Shown here in pieces: positions 21,566-32,454 of a DNA stretch of 64,000 bases. The position numbers were made by a program, and so were the translations under genes. The notes under the pieces are model-generated. The model was not told the DNA's origin. It ran no database searches and saw nothing but the letters and a program-made list of their open reading frames with translations. Numbering within the stretch: the stretch's first letter is position 1; each line of letters opens with the position of its first letter. Origin of the DNA: Alphaproteobacteria bacterium (GTDB lineage: Bacteria; Pseudomonadota; Alphaproteobacteria; SP197); assembly GCA_965228895.1 (NCBI GenBank), contig OZ245842.1, positions 3,456,001 to 3,520,000 on the forward strand, written 5' to 3'.

Positions 21566-22252
21566 ATGGTGCCGGCCATTCGCGAGATCGTCGATCTCAG
21601 CCACGAGATGTATTCCAACATGCCGAACATCGGCGGTCAGGTGAGCTTCTTCACGACCGAAGACCACGCCTATCTCTCCGAGATCACCGGCGGCAAGATG
21701 TCGATGGAAGCGCGCATGATCCTGATGCCCGAGCATTGCGGCACCCACCTGGACGTGCCGCTGCATTCCGACCCCAATGGTCCGGGCGTCGACAAGGTGC
21801 CGCTTGAACAGCTCATTCTGCCCGGCCACCTGCTGGACCTGACCCACAAGAAGAATGGCGAGGCCATTACCATCGCCGATTTCGAGGCGGCCGAGAAAGC
21901 CTCGGGCCAGGAGCTCGGCCCCGGCAAGGCAACGGTGTGCTGGACCGGCGCCGACAAGGACTGGGGCAAGCCGGGCTTCGCCATGAACCGGCCCTATGTG
22001 CCGACCGAGGTCGCCGACTGGCTGGTCGGCCGCGGTATCACCATCTTCTGCACCGACCTGATCGGCATGGACGACCCCAGCGAATGGTGGTGGCCGACCC
22101 ACGCGGCATGGCTGACCAAGGGCGTGTGCATGGTCCAACAGCTCTGCAATCTCGACAAGCTCGCCGGCAAGGACTTCCTGTTCGTCTGCCTGCCGCTCAA
22201 CATGCGCGACGGTACCGGCTGTCCGGTGCGCGCGGCAGCGCTGGTGTTCTAG
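21566..22252 (+). CDS. Cyclase (kynurenine formamidase-like) metal hydrolase
   Basis: EHCGTHLDVPLH (HxGTHxD) and GTGCPVRAAA. Confidence 0.88.
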   Translation: MVPAIREIVDLSHEMYSNMPNIGGQVSFFTTEDHAYLSEITGGKMSMEARMILMPEHCGTHLDVPLHSDPNGPGVDKVPLEQLILPGHLLDLTHKKNGEAITIADFEAAEKASGQELGPGKATVCWTGADKDWGKPGFAMNRPYVPTEVADWLVGRGITIFCTDLIGMDDPSEWWWPTHAAWLTKGVCMVQQLCNLDKLAGKDFLFVCLPLNMRDGTGCPVRAAALVF

Positions 22253-22260
22253 ACGCGGCA

Positions 22261-23595
22261 ATGGCGCAATCGTCGGGACCAAGCATCGGCGTCTTTTCAG
22301 CGCTTTCCATCGGCATCGGCGGCATGGTCGGCGGCGGCATCTTCGCCGTCACCGGGCTGACCATCCAGCTCACCCAGGGTGCTGCGCCGATTGCCTTTGT
22401 TGTCGCCGGTATCGTCGCGCTGCTGACCAGCTACTCCTATCTGAAGCTGACACTGACCTTTCCCAGCAAAGGCGGCACGGTCGAGTTCCTGAACCGGGGT
22501 TTCGGTGCCGGCGTGTTCACCGGCAGCCTCAACATCCTTCTTTCGTTCAGCTATGTCGTGCTGCTCGCCGTCTATGCCTTCGCGTTCGGCGGCTACCTCG
22601 CGAGTTTCTTTCCGGCCAGCGAGTACATCTTCTGGAACCATCTCTTTTCATCGTCGCTGATCGTGCTGCTCGCCGCCATCAACACCTTTGGCGTCGGCTT
22701 GGTCATCCGTTCCGAGAACGTCTTCAACCTGAGCAAGATGGCGCTGCTTGCGGTCTTCATTGTCGCCGGTCTGGCAACGCCCTTCGAGTGGGAGCGATTC
22801 ACGCCGTCGAACTACGTGCCGCCGTTCGAGATCATCGCCGGCGCCATGATCATCTTTCTGAACTACGAGGGTTTTGAGCTGATCGCCAATGCCGGCCCCG
22901 ACATCAAGAACCCGAAGAAGACGCTGCCGATCGCCTATCTGGGCGGCGTGTCGATCGCCATCGTCCTTTATGTGCTGATCACGATCGTCGTCCTGGGCCA
23001 CATGAGCTTCGCCGAGGTCGCCGCGCATTCCGACTATTCGCTCTCTGTTGCGGCGCAGGCCTTCATGGGGTCCACCGGCTACATCCTTGTCACGGTAGCG
23101 GCTTTGCTGGCGACCTCCTCGGCGATCAACGCGACGTTCTACGGTGCCGGACGCCTGACCTATGTGATCGCCAAGTCCGGCGAGCTGCCGTCGGAGCTGG
23201 AGCGCAGCATTCGCGGCCAGCCGCTGGAAGGCATGCTGATCTTCGCTTTGCTGGCGCTCTACCTCGTGAACTTCCTGCCGCTCAGCGCTATCGCGACCAT
23301 GGGCAGCGCTGGATTCCTGATCATCTTCCTGGCCGTCAACCTGGCCAACGTGCGCCTGGCGCGGCGTACCGAGAGCCGGGCCTGGATTTCCGCCGCAGGC
23401 GTCCTGGCCTGCGCGGTCGCCCTTGCCGCCTTGTGCTGGCAGGTGTGGAAAGCACCGCAGACACGCGATCACCTGTGGATCCTGGTCGGCATGATCGTGG
23501 TGTCCCTGACCTTGGAGATCGCCTATCGCAGCGCGACCAAACGGCAGATCCATCTGGGCAGAAAGCCGGACGCCCCGGACAAACCCGGGGGCTAA
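22261..23595 (+). CDS. APC-family amino acid permease
   Basis: IGIGGMVGGGIFA, YEGFELIAN, many TM segments; ATG at 22261. Confidence 0.9.
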   Translation: MAQSSGPSIGVFSALSIGIGGMVGGGIFAVTGLTIQLTQGAAPIAFVVAGIVALLTSYSYLKLTLTFPSKGGTVEFLNRGFGAGVFTGSLNILLSFSYVVLLAVYAFAFGGYLASFFPASEYIFWNHLFSSSLIVLLAAINTFGVGLVIRSENVFNLSKMALLAVFIVAGLATPFEWERFTPSNYVPPFEIIAGAMIIFLNYEGFELIANAGPDIKNPKKTLPIAYLGGVSIAIVLYVLITIVVLGHMSFAEVAAHSDYSLSVAAQAFMGSTGYILVTVAALLATSSAINATFYGAGRLTYVIAKSGELPSELERSIRGQPLEGMLIFALLALYLVNFLPLSAIATMGSAGFLIIFLAVNLANVRLARRTESRAWISAAGVLACAVALAALCWQVWKAPQTRDHLWILVGMIVVSLTLEIAYRSATKRQIHLGRKPDAPDKPGG

Positions 23596-23622
23596 GCCGG
23601 AAACTGCACCTTGCGCGGCGGC

Positions 23623-24549
23623 CTAGCGGCGGACAACCAGCAGACCGGCGCCGACAATCAAAACCACGCCGACGACCGTCTGCAGATCCGGCACCTCGGA
23701 AAACAGGACAAAGCCGAACGCGGTCATGAAGATCAGGTAGTTGTAATCAAACGTGGCGATGATGAAGGGCGGCGCAGACTGATAGGCAGCGGAGACGACG
23801 AGGCTGTTGCCGACCATCAACGCCGCCACGATGGCAACAAAAACCCATTCCAGCGGACCCAAGACCTGCCAGGGTCCCAAAAGAAACGGCAGAGCGTCGA
23901 CATGCGCCAGACCTGGCGGCCACATGACCAAGACAGCACTGACGACCGCACCCATCCCAACCAGGGCGACGTTGACCGATACGGCGAGCGTAGCCGGCGG
24001 CGTCGCGCGGCACTTGGTTCGCGTCACCAACGCTTGCAGCGCATAAAACAGCCCGCCAAGAACCGGCAACAAGGTGAACCAGGTGAACGCTTCCGTGCCC
24101 GGCTTCAGAATCAGCAGGACGCCGGCAAAGCCGATCGCGATGGCGACCCAGCCACGCCGGCGAACCGGTTCGCCGATAAGCAGCGCCGACAACGCTGCAA
24201 CGAACAGCGGTGACGTGTAGAGACCGGCCGCCAAGGTCGCCAGCGGAATGAACGGCAAGGCCGCATAGGTGACGATAAACATCAAGACGAACAGGAACGA
24301 ACGCACAAGCGGCCAAATCGTCAGCGCCCTCGACCAGGTTTTCCCGCCCTCGCCCCAGACAAACGCAATCGCCAGCAAGACGGGGATCGCCAACACCGAG
24401 CGCAGCACGAAGTACTGCCAGATCGATCCGTTTTCGCTGGCGTATTTGAAGACGACGTCCGTCGACGACGTAAAGAGCGTCGACAACAGGACCAAGACGA
24501 TGCCAAGCGCAACGCGGTCGTGACGGACACTGTGCTTAACGGTAGCCAT
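23623..24549 (-). CDS. DMT/EamA transporter
   Basis: About 10 TM segments; LIGEPVRRRGW..GFAGVLLILKPG, FSEVPD. Confidence 0.9.
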   Translation of the reverse strand: MATVKHSVRHDRVALGIVLVLLSTLFTSSTDVVFKYASENGSIWQYFVLRSVLAIPVLLAIAFVWGEGGKTWSRALTIWPLVRSFLFVLMFIVTYAALPFIPLATLAAGLYTSPLFVAALSALLIGEPVRRRGWVAIAIGFAGVLLILKPGTEAFTWFTLLPVLGGLFYALQALVTRTKCRATPPATLAVSVNVALVGMGAVVSAVLVMWPPGLAHVDALPFLLGPWQVLGPLEWVFVAIVAALMVGNSLVVSAAYQSAPPFIIATFDYNYLIFMTAFGFVLFSEVPDLQTVVGVVLIVGAGLLVVRR

Positions 24550-24645
24550 GAGAGGTCCTTGGATCGATGCGCCACCATCGTAGCGACGAACATATTATTC
24601 AATAAGACATTGCCTTAGCACCTAACTGCTGTACAAATTCGAACA

Positions 24646-25545
24646 ATGGCGCGCGCACCGATCAGCGGTATCGAAGTCTTTCTGGCCATTGTCCGGGAGG
24701 GGTCGTTGCGCGCAGCGGCCCGCGCGCTTGGCGTCGGCGCACCTGCCGTCAGCCATCAGCTCAAGGCGCTCGAGCGCAAGATCGGTGTTGACCTCTTGGT
24801 GCGCACCACCCGCTCGATCGAGTTGACGGAAGCCGGACGCACCTTGCTTGCCGGGACCGCGCCCGCCTTCAAGGAAATCAACGATGCGATCGAAGGCACC
24901 CGCGCCGTTGGCAAAGCCGCGACCGGCACGCTGCGGCTGACCCTGCAACGAAGCGCCTATAAGATTGCCGTTGCTCCGGTGCTTGCCGAATTTCAGGCGC
25001 GCTACCCGGATGTCTGTCTTGACCTCTCGATCAACGAAGGTCTTGTCGACATCGTCAAAGAAGGGTTTCACGCGGGCTTCCGTATGGGCGACCGGTTGAC
25101 CACGGACATGGTCGCCGTTCGTTTGACCGAACCTCTTAAGCCTTGCTGGTACGCCGCCCCCGCCTATCTCGACGTTTTCGGACGGCCCCAGCATCCGCGC
25201 GATCTCTTGAATCACAAGTGCATCCGCTACAAATCCGTCACGGCAAAACGCATCTGGGACTGGCAGTTCGTCGAAGACGGCCAACCAAAAACCGTCGACC
25301 CGCCGACAAGGCTGGTCGTCGACAGCATGCCGTTCGTCACCCAGGCCGCACTTGACGGGCATGGCATCGGCTGGTCGCTGAAGGCGGTGATCCAGGAGGA
25401 ACTTGACGCAGGCTTGCTGGAAACGGTGCTCGATCCCTTTGTCACCGATATGCCGGCGCTATACCTCTATTATCCCGAGCAGAACAGGCGCCTTGAGATG
25501 CTGCGCCTGTTCATCGACGTCTTGGTTGCACGTCGGGACGGCTAG
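24646..25545 (+). CDS. LysR-family regulator
   Basis: GSLRAAARALGVGAPAVSHQLKALE..RTTRSIELTEAG; divergent from the DMT gene. Confidence 0.92.
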   Translation: MARAPISGIEVFLAIVREGSLRAAARALGVGAPAVSHQLKALERKIGVDLLVRTTRSIELTEAGRTLLAGTAPAFKEINDAIEGTRAVGKAATGTLRLTLQRSAYKIAVAPVLAEFQARYPDVCLDLSINEGLVDIVKEGFHAGFRMGDRLTTDMVAVRLTEPLKPCWYAAPAYLDVFGRPQHPRDLLNHKCIRYKSVTAKRIWDWQFVEDGQPKTVDPPTRLVVDSMPFVTQAALDGHGIGWSLKAVIQEELDAGLLETVLDPFVTDMPALYLYYPEQNRRLEMLRLFIDVLVARRDG

Positions 25546-25561
25546 AGCTGCGTCACGCGCG

Positions 25562-25954
25562 CTATACGCCGCATTTATCCTTGATCAGTTTCAGTACCGC
25601 GCGTTGGACGTGGGAATCCTCCCCGTCGCCCAGCGTCCCGGCTTCGTAGCGCTCGCGCATGTCTTCCAGGACCTCGTTCAGGTCACCGTAGCCGCCCTCG
25701 TCGCTGCCATAGGAGCCTGAGAAGTAGCGGGCGACACAAATCGAGTTGCTGTCTTCACGCTTGGTGTTGTGGAAGTACTGGATCATCTCGTAGATCGCAC
25801 TCTCGACGAGCTGCGCCTGTTCGGCCTCCGACATCTTGGCAAAGTCACCATAGGTCGTCAGGAACAGGGCCGATGCCGGCGGCGGCGCGGCGATCCCGAT
25901 GACGGCTGCCGCAACGCCAGCACACGCCATCATTCTCAGTCTTCGAAGGGTCAT
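25562..25954 (-). CDS. Hypothetical secreted protein (start uncertain)
   Basis: Basic then hydrophobic signal ending in ASA; two Cys in the mature part; no family recognised. Confidence 0.65.
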   Translation of the reverse strand: MTLRRLRMMACAGVAAAVIGIAAPPPASALFLTTYGDFAKMSEAEQAQLVESAIYEMIQYFHNTKREDSNSICVARYFSGSYGSDEGGYGDLNEVLEDMRERYEAGTLGDGEDSHVQRAVLKLIKDKCGV

Positions 25955-26045
25955 GTCAGTCGTCACCGGCCTTTGACAAAAAGAGCAGTCTTGCAAGGCT
26001 GAGAATATGGGGCCGGCGGGACCGTACGCCAATGATACGAAGGGC

Positions 26046-27179
26046 TTAGTGCTCATCCTCATAATGGCGTTTCAGCAATTCCGCGCCAAAATCGCCGGAC
26101 CGGCTGCGCCACACCTGATGGATGTGGTTGCCGCCGCTCTGCACGTTGTCGAACTCGAAGACAAAGTCCGACCCCTGGATGCGGTAGTAGTTCGGCTCAC
26201 CGGGTTTGATGCTGCCAATCCAGGCAAAGCTCAGATCGTCGAGTTCGGTCTCATCCAGATAGGTGTCGGCGATTTGCGGCCGGTAGGCCGAGACCACCAC
26301 ATGAACCAGATTCTGAAGGATCTGGCGCTGTTGATCGTCCATGTCTTTGGCGCTGAGGCCTTCAGGCTCAAGCAGCGCCTGCTATGCATCCCACTGATCG
26401 GGCGCCTTCAGGATGTTGCTGGACATGATATCCCAAGGGATATCGTCGGGCAGGCCCAGACCAAACGGCTTGATCGACTCGTTGAAGGCGGGATCGAAGG
26501 CGACCATCGCCTTTTGTCGCTGCTCGTCGCTCAGCGCGTTGACCAGGGCCCAGCCGAGATCTTCTTCCTCGCGCAGCACGCGCAGGCCCGACAGCATGCC
26601 GTGACGAACCGTCGCGGGGTCGGCGCCCAGAATTGTCGGCGTGACGGCGACCTCGCCATCGACGACCGTCACGTTCAACGACAGGTGATGGCCCTCGACG
26701 CGCCAGGCCCATGGCGCATCCAAGCTGGGTTCGCCGAACAGAACGGTATGATAGTTCTCCATCCCGCGCGGAAAGCCTGTGTTCGCGACAGGGGCCAGCT
26801 GGTTCTCGAGCTGCATGATGTTGAGCACCTTGTAGTAGCCCTCGGCACTCAAGGCGGCCCACAGAAGCTCCTGAGTCAAGGCGCGCTGGTTGGCGTGCAT
26901 CAGTTCAAAGGCAAGGCCGTGACGGAACGTCGGCCAGTACGACCAGTCCTCCTTCAGCGCGCCGTCGAACGGTTTTGGCAGCTCCTCTTCCATCGAACAA
27001 CCGACCAGTGCTTCCGAAAACGTCGTATCGCCGCGCGTCGTTTCGAGAAGCTCCTGCGCGGTCGTCGTCATGGTCTCGGTCACGCTGGCGATGTCGTCGT
27101 CGTGCGCCCAAACGCTCGACGCAAACAGCAGCGCCGCCATCAAGGCAGCCAGCCGAATCATGATCATCCCCGTCCCCAT
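26046..27179 (-). pseudogene. DUF3500-like secreted protein interrupted by an in-frame TAG at 26382-26384
   Basis: ORFs 26382-27179 and 26046-26342 are in the same frame (..DQWDA*QALLEPEGLSAKDMDD..); motifs WRVEGHHLSLN, YYRIQG, EFDN, NHIH. Confidence 0.8.
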
Positions 27180-27237
27180 TCACGGCACACGCTCGCCGTC
27201 CACCCTATCACCCCGGTCGCACGCGACGGGTTAACGA

Positions 27238-28125
27238 TCAGGTGGTTGACGCTGTCTGCTCGCCCGCGAACAAAGGACGATGGGACCGGATCAGCGATGT
27301 CAGCCAATCGACCACACGCCGCACGGGCTTTGCATGCCGATCGTCGTCATGAACGACAAGCCATTGGTCGTGGCTGAGTTCCGGAATGATCTCGGAAACA
27401 CGCCCCAGCGCCGGTTCAGCGTCACCAATGAAACACGGCAGCACGCAGCGCCCGGCGCCGGCATTGGCCGCGGCAAGCAGACAATCGACGCTTGAGCACT
27501 GAATCTTGGCCGGGCCCTCCATGCGTTGTTCCAGCCAAAGCGCTGACGGCGGTGGCGGACCTGACGGCGCCAAGGTTATCCAGCCGGCGCCGTCATCGGC
27601 GACGAACGCATCCTGTGATACCGCCTGATAGGCAGCGAAGGCCACCCGTGCCAGACGTCGCGCCGCCAGACCTTCGGCTTCCGGACGCCGGTTGCGCAGG
27701 CCGATTTGCGCTTCACGCCGATGCAGATCCACTGCCCCGCCGGCGGCCATCAACATCATGGTTGGAGTGTCCTTCTGTGAGGAGAAGTCAGCAAGGTACC
27801 GGGCGATGAACAGGCTGGTCCACGGGCCCGCAGCGACTCTCACTGTTGGTGCGCCTTGAAACCCGGCACGCCATCGCTCGATCGCGTGGGCCCCCTGCTC
27901 GACCGTCGCAGTCAACTCCAGCAACGTCAGACCGTCGTCGGTCAGGTCGTATCCATCCCGGTGCCGCGTAAACAACCGGACTCCCAGGGTCTGCTCCAGC
28001 GCGGCCATGCGCCGCCCGAGTGTCGGCGCGCTGACGCCGGATGCCGACGTGGCGGCCGCCAGGCCACCGGACCGGGCAATCGCGACGAACAAGCGCAGAT
28101 CGTCCCAATTCATCGTTTCACTCAT
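27238..28125 (-). CDS. LysR-family regulator
   Basis: MNWDDLRLFVAIARSGGL..PTLGRRM..GYDLT; divergent from the aldo/keto reductase. Confidence 0.9.
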   Translation of the reverse strand: MSETMNWDDLRLFVAIARSGGLAAATSASGVSAPTLGRRMAALEQTLGVRLFTRHRDGYDLTDDGLTLLELTATVEQGAHAIERWRAGFQGAPTVRVAAGPWTSLFIARYLADFSSQKDTPTMMLMAAGGAVDLHRREAQIGLRNRRPEAEGLAARRLARVAFAAYQAVSQDAFVADDGAGWITLAPSGPPPPSALWLEQRMEGPAKIQCSSVDCLLAAANAGAGRCVLPCFIGDAEPALGRVSEIIPELSHDQWLVVHDDDRHAKPVRRVVDWLTSLIRSHRPLFAGEQTASTT

Positions 28126-28209
28126 GAAACGCGCCTTTCGATACAACTTGTTTAGATGCTGTCAAACTCTCTGCATTATCCGCCTGATGGGCAAGAGGAC
28201 GTTTCACCA

Positions 28210-29226
28210 ATGAACTCCGAAACCGAGCAATCAAGGCGCCTGTTTGGCGAAGGACCAACTCTCGGTGCCATGGGAATGGGCACCTGGGCGATCGGCGGCC
28301 CCTTTTTCAGTGGCGAAGGCTGCCATTACCCAACCGGTGCGCCGCTCGGATATGGCGATGTCGATGACACCCAGTCGACTCGTGCCATCCATGCCGCGAT
28401 TGATGCAGGGATCACGCTGTTCGACACGTCCGATGCCTATGGCACCGGTCACGGAGAACAGGTGCTTGGCGCTGCGCTTGCCGCCAAGCGTAGCGACGTG
28501 CTGATCGCGACAAAGTTCGGCAACACCTATGACGAGACGACAAAGGAACTAACCGGCACCGACGTCAGTCCGGCCTACATACGGCGCGCGTGCGAAGCGT
28601 CGTTGCGGCGTCTCGGCACCGATCAGATCGATCTCTACCAGCTTCATCTCGGCGACCTACCGCCCGATGACGCGGCCGGTGTCGCCAAGACGCTGGAAGC
28701 CTTGTGTCAGGACGGCCTGATTCGCGCCTATGGATGGAGCACTGACGACCCCGATCGCACGCGGGTCTTCGCCGGCAGACCGCATGCCGCTGCCGCTCAG
28801 TTCGACATGAATGTCTTCGAGGATGCGCAGGCCATGGTGGAGGCCTGCCGCGCGTGTGATTTCGTCGCCCTGACGCGTGTGCCACTCGCCATGGGTTTCT
28901 TAAGCGGCAAGTTCACCGCAGGCAGTACGCTGCCTGCCAACGACATCCGCAGCAAGCCGCCCACATGGCTGCGCTATTTCGACGAAGGCGGGCGCGCGTC
29001 TGCTGCCTGGATCACGAAGCTCGCCGCCATCAAGGAGATCCTGACCACCGGCGGCAGGACGCCGGCCCAAGGGGCGCTCGCCTGGATCTGGGGACGCGAT
29101 CAGCAGATCGTGCCGATCCCCGGCGCGCGCACCGAAGCGCAGGTAAGGGAGAACGCTGGCGCCATCGCATTCGGCCCTCTGACGCAAGCGCAAATGGCGG
29201 AGATCGACACCATCCTGGAGCGCTGA
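28210..29226 (+). CDS. Aldo/keto reductase
   Basis: GMGTWAIGG, FDTSDAYG, IATKFG, SLRRLGTDQIDLYQLH, PIPGAR. Confidence 0.93.
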   Translation: MNSETEQSRRLFGEGPTLGAMGMGTWAIGGPFFSGEGCHYPTGAPLGYGDVDDTQSTRAIHAAIDAGITLFDTSDAYGTGHGEQVLGAALAAKRSDVLIATKFGNTYDETTKELTGTDVSPAYIRRACEASLRRLGTDQIDLYQLHLGDLPPDDAAGVAKTLEALCQDGLIRAYGWSTDDPDRTRVFAGRPHAAAAQFDMNVFEDAQAMVEACRACDFVALTRVPLAMGFLSGKFTAGSTLPANDIRSKPPTWLRYFDEGGRASAAWITKLAAIKEILTTGGRTPAQGALAWIWGRDQQIVPIPGARTEAQVRENAGAIAFGPLTQAQMAEIDTILER

Positions 29227-29328
29227 CCGGACACCAAAACGGACATTTGGCGTGAGCCCAAGGGCATACTACAACGGCACACCACCTTCCTTCCTGCCGT
29301 TCGGCCTTTCCCCAAGGGATGCCCGTCG

Positions 29329-30756
29329 ATGTCCGTTCAAGAACTCTGCTATCTCTCCGCGACCGAAGCGCTGAAACGGTTCCGGGACCGCAGCTTGTCG
29401 CCGGTCGAGCTGCTGCAGGCACTCATCGATCGCGCCGAGGCAACGGAACCGACAGTCAACGCGCTCTCCCACCGCCATTTCGAGGAGGCCCTGGCGAAAG
29501 CGCAGAAGGCCGAAGCCCGATACATGACGCGCAGCGGCGGCTTTCGCCACCTGGAGGGCCTGCCCCTTGCGGTCAAGGAAGACACGGCGATCAAGGGCAA
29601 GCCGCAGACCCTTGGCTCATTGATTTTCAAGGACCGGATCGCCGACCACACTGTGCCGTCGATCGAACGCCTGCTCGGCGCCGGCGCTATCGTTCATGCA
29701 CAAACGACCTGCCCTGAGTTCGTCTGGCCGTGGACCTGTACATCCAGGCTGCACGGCACAACACGCAACCCCTGGAATCCCGAGATCACGTCCGGCGCAT
29801 CGTCCGGCGGGTCGGCGGCCGCGCTGGCGGCGGGCACGACGACCATTGCGACAGGCACCGACAGCGCGGGTTCGATACGCATGCCGGCGTCGATGTGCGG
29901 TGTCGTCGGGTACAAACCACCCTACGGCCGCAACCCGCAGAGCTGGGACCTGAACCTCGACATGTTTATGCATCTGGGTCCGATGACGCGCACCGTCGCC
30001 GACGCGGCCTTGATGCAGAACGTCATGTCCGGCCACCACAAACTCGACCAAGCGAGTGTCAGGGGCCGCGTCACCCTGCCGATGGACCCGGGATCGATTG
30101 CTGGGGCAAAGATCGCCTATTCATTAACCCTGGGCGTCCACGAAGTCGCCGACGATGTCGCGGCGAACACCCTGGCGCTGGTCGACCGGCTGCGCGGTCT
30201 GGGAGCGGAGGTCGAGGAGGTCGCCACCGACTGGGCGCCGGAGGTCTTCGCCAAAGCGGGCAGTTGGGGCGGTCTGATCTACGCCGACGACTTCATGGAC
30301 GCCGTCGAGCGCTATCCGCATCTGGTGTGCGACTACACACGCGCCTTCGCCGAGATGAACGCCGGCGTCACCCCGCGCATGTTCCATGAATGTATGAAGG
30401 CGATCGGCCGCGCGTGGCTGGACTTCGGACCTCTACTGGATGCCTATGACGTCTTCATCTGTCCGACGGTTGCTTCAACAGCAATTCCCGCCGACGGCTC
30501 CGACCTCGAACCCTGCGTTTCGGTCAATGGCCAGCACTTCGAACCGCATGATGTCGTCATGACGTTCTACTTCGATGCGTTCGGACGCTGCCCAACCCTC
30601 GCCGTTCCGTCCGGCTTTGCCACTGACGGCGTGCCCACCGGCGTCCAGCTCGTCGCGCGCACCTATGGCGATGCCAGGGTCTTCCGCGTCGCGCACGCGC
30701 TGGAGCAACAGACGCCCCTTTACCACGACAAGGCGACACAACCGACGCTATCCTGA
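29329..30756 (+). CDS. Amidase signature family enzyme
   Basis: GLPLAVKED, GASSGGSAAA, GTDSAGSIRMPAS (Lys-Ser-Ser triad). Confidence 0.93.
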   Translation: MSVQELCYLSATEALKRFRDRSLSPVELLQALIDRAEATEPTVNALSHRHFEEALAKAQKAEARYMTRSGGFRHLEGLPLAVKEDTAIKGKPQTLGSLIFKDRIADHTVPSIERLLGAGAIVHAQTTCPEFVWPWTCTSRLHGTTRNPWNPEITSGASSGGSAAALAAGTTTIATGTDSAGSIRMPASMCGVVGYKPPYGRNPQSWDLNLDMFMHLGPMTRTVADAALMQNVMSGHHKLDQASVRGRVTLPMDPGSIAGAKIAYSLTLGVHEVADDVAANTLALVDRLRGLGAEVEEVATDWAPEVFAKAGSWGGLIYADDFMDAVERYPHLVCDYTRAFAEMNAGVTPRMFHECMKAIGRAWLDFGPLLDAYDVFICPTVASTAIPADGSDLEPCVSVNGQHFEPHDVVMTFYFDAFGRCPTLAVPSGFATDGVPTGVQLVARTYGDARVFRVAHALEQQTPLYHDKATQPTLS

Positions 30757-30807
30757 TGGACGCTATGGCATTTCTCATTGTCACGCGCCTGAACTAGTCT
30801 GCGCGCC

Positions 30808-32454
30808 ATGGCCAAACACGAAGCTTACGATTACGTCATTGTTGGCGCGGGTTCGGCGGGCTGCACGCTCGCCAACCGCCTTTCCGAGGACTCGTCCGCG
30901 CGCGTCCTCTTGATCGAGGCAGGCGGCTGGGACCGCGATCCCCTGATTCATGTCCCGCTCGGCTGGGGCCAGATCCTGCAGAAACGCCTGCACGACTGGA
31001 TGTATTTCTCCGAGCCCGAAGACAATGTCGCCGGGCGCCGTGTCGAATGCGCGCGCGGCAAGGTGGTCGGCGGTTCGTCCTCGACCAACGCCATGGCCTA
31101 TGTGCGTGGCCATCCCGGCAATTACGACGGTTGGGCGGATTCGGGCCTCGACCAATGGTCCTATGGCCACGCGCTGCCCTACTTCAAAAAACAGGAAACC
31201 TGGGAAGGCGGCGAGAACACCTGGCGTGGCGGCAACGGACCGCTCGGCGTCCAAACCTGCAAATATCAGGACCCGCTGGTTGAGGCGTTTGCCGCCGCCG
31301 GCGCCGATGCCGGCTACGCCTGGACCGACGACTACAACGGCGCGCAACAGGAAGGGTTCGGCCGCCTGCAGATGACAATCAAGGACGGGCGCCGGTGCAG
31401 CGGCGCGACCGGTTATCTGCGACCCGCACTGAGGCGTCCGAACCTGACGGTCGAGGTCGAGACGTTGACCACGAAGGTGTTGTTCGACGGCCCGCGCGCG
31501 ACGGGTATCGAGGTCCGACGCAACGGCTCGCCCTATGTCATCCACGCCGAGCGCGAGGTGATCATCGCGGCCGGCGTCATCAACGCGCCGCAGCTTCTAA
31601 TGCTGTCGGGAATCGGCGACCCCGATCACCTGGCGCGCCACGGCATTGCCACGCGCGCCAACCTCAAAGGCGTCGGGCAGAACCTGCAGGACCACGTGTC
31701 GGTCATGATCATGTACCGGCGCAAGGAACCGCCCAGCCCGTTCATGCGCGCGATGCGGTACGACCGCGCCGCCCTCAACATGGCGCGCGCCTATCTGACC
31801 GGTACGGGCTACGCCGCCGATGTGCCGGGCGGCATCACCGCGTTCCTGAAGTCCGACGCAAGCGAGCCGGTGCCCGACATCCAGATGCTGTTCACCGCCG
31901 CGCCGCTACCGGCCTGGCCCTACCTCAAACCGTTCAAGCAGCCGTTCAACGACGGCTTCGTGTTTCGCGCCGTCTCGCTGCAGCCGGAAAGCCGGGGCAG
32001 CGTCACGCTGGCAAGCGACGATCCGACGGCGCTGGCGCTGATCAACTCCAACTTCCTGGGCACCGAGAAGGACTGGCGCACCGCGCGCACCAGCCTGGAC
32101 ATCGCGCGCAACCTTGCCGCGACGCCCGCCATGCAGCCCTTCATCGCGGCCGAGGCGCTTCCCGGCGCCGCCAAGACGTCGGCCGAAGACCTCGACAACC
32201 ACATCCGCAACACCGCGATCACCGTGCACCATCCGCTGGGCACGTGCCGCATGGGTGTCGACGGCGATCCCGGCGCCGTCGTCGACCAGGAGCTCAGAGT
32301 CTTCGGCACCGAAGGATTGCGGGTGGTCGATGCCTCGGTCATGCCGCGCCTGACCAGCGGCAACATCAACGCCGCCGTCGTCATGATCGCCGAGCGCGCC
32401 GCCGATCTGATCCGCGGGCGCACGCCGTTGGCGCCAGAGCGCCCGGCAGCATGA
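30808..32454 (+). CDS. GMC oxidoreductase (choline dehydrogenase family)
   Basis: [48 protein letters not shown]. Confidence 0.93.
   Translation: MAKHEAYDYVIVGAGSAGCTLANRLSEDSSARVLLIEAGGWDRDPLIHVPLGWGQILQKRLHDWMYFSEPEDNVAGRRVECARGKVVGGSSSTNAMAYVRGHPGNYDGWADSGLDQWSYGHALPYFKKQETWEGGENTWRGGNGPLGVQTCKYQDPLVEAFAAAGADAGYAWTDDYNGAQQEGFGRLQMTIKDGRRCSGATGYLRPALRRPNLTVEVETLTTKVLFDGPRATGIEVRRNGSPYVIHAEREVIIAAGVINAPQLLMLSGIGDPDHLARHGIATRANLKGVGQNLQDHVSVMIMYRRKEPPSPFMRAMRYDRAALNMARAYLTGTGYAADVPGGITAFLKSDASEPVPDIQMLFTAAPLPAWPYLKPFKQPFNDGFVFRAVSLQPESRGSVTLASDDPTALALINSNFLGTEKDWRTARTSLDIARNLAATPAMQPFIAAEALPGAAKTSAEDLDNHIRNTAITVHHPLGTCRMGVDGDPGAVVDQELRVFGTEGLRVVDASVMPRLTSGNINAAVVMIAERAADLIRGRTPLAPERPAA

Noticed and set aside
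26382-26384. Pyrrolysine or genome-wide TAG recoding
   Set aside because: TAG is a normal stop in many genes here (e.g. the cyclase, USP and second EctC-like genes), and no pyl genes are seen
30808-32454. betA assignment
   Set aside because: Generic GMC motifs only; no betB/betI nearby, so no gene symbol was given
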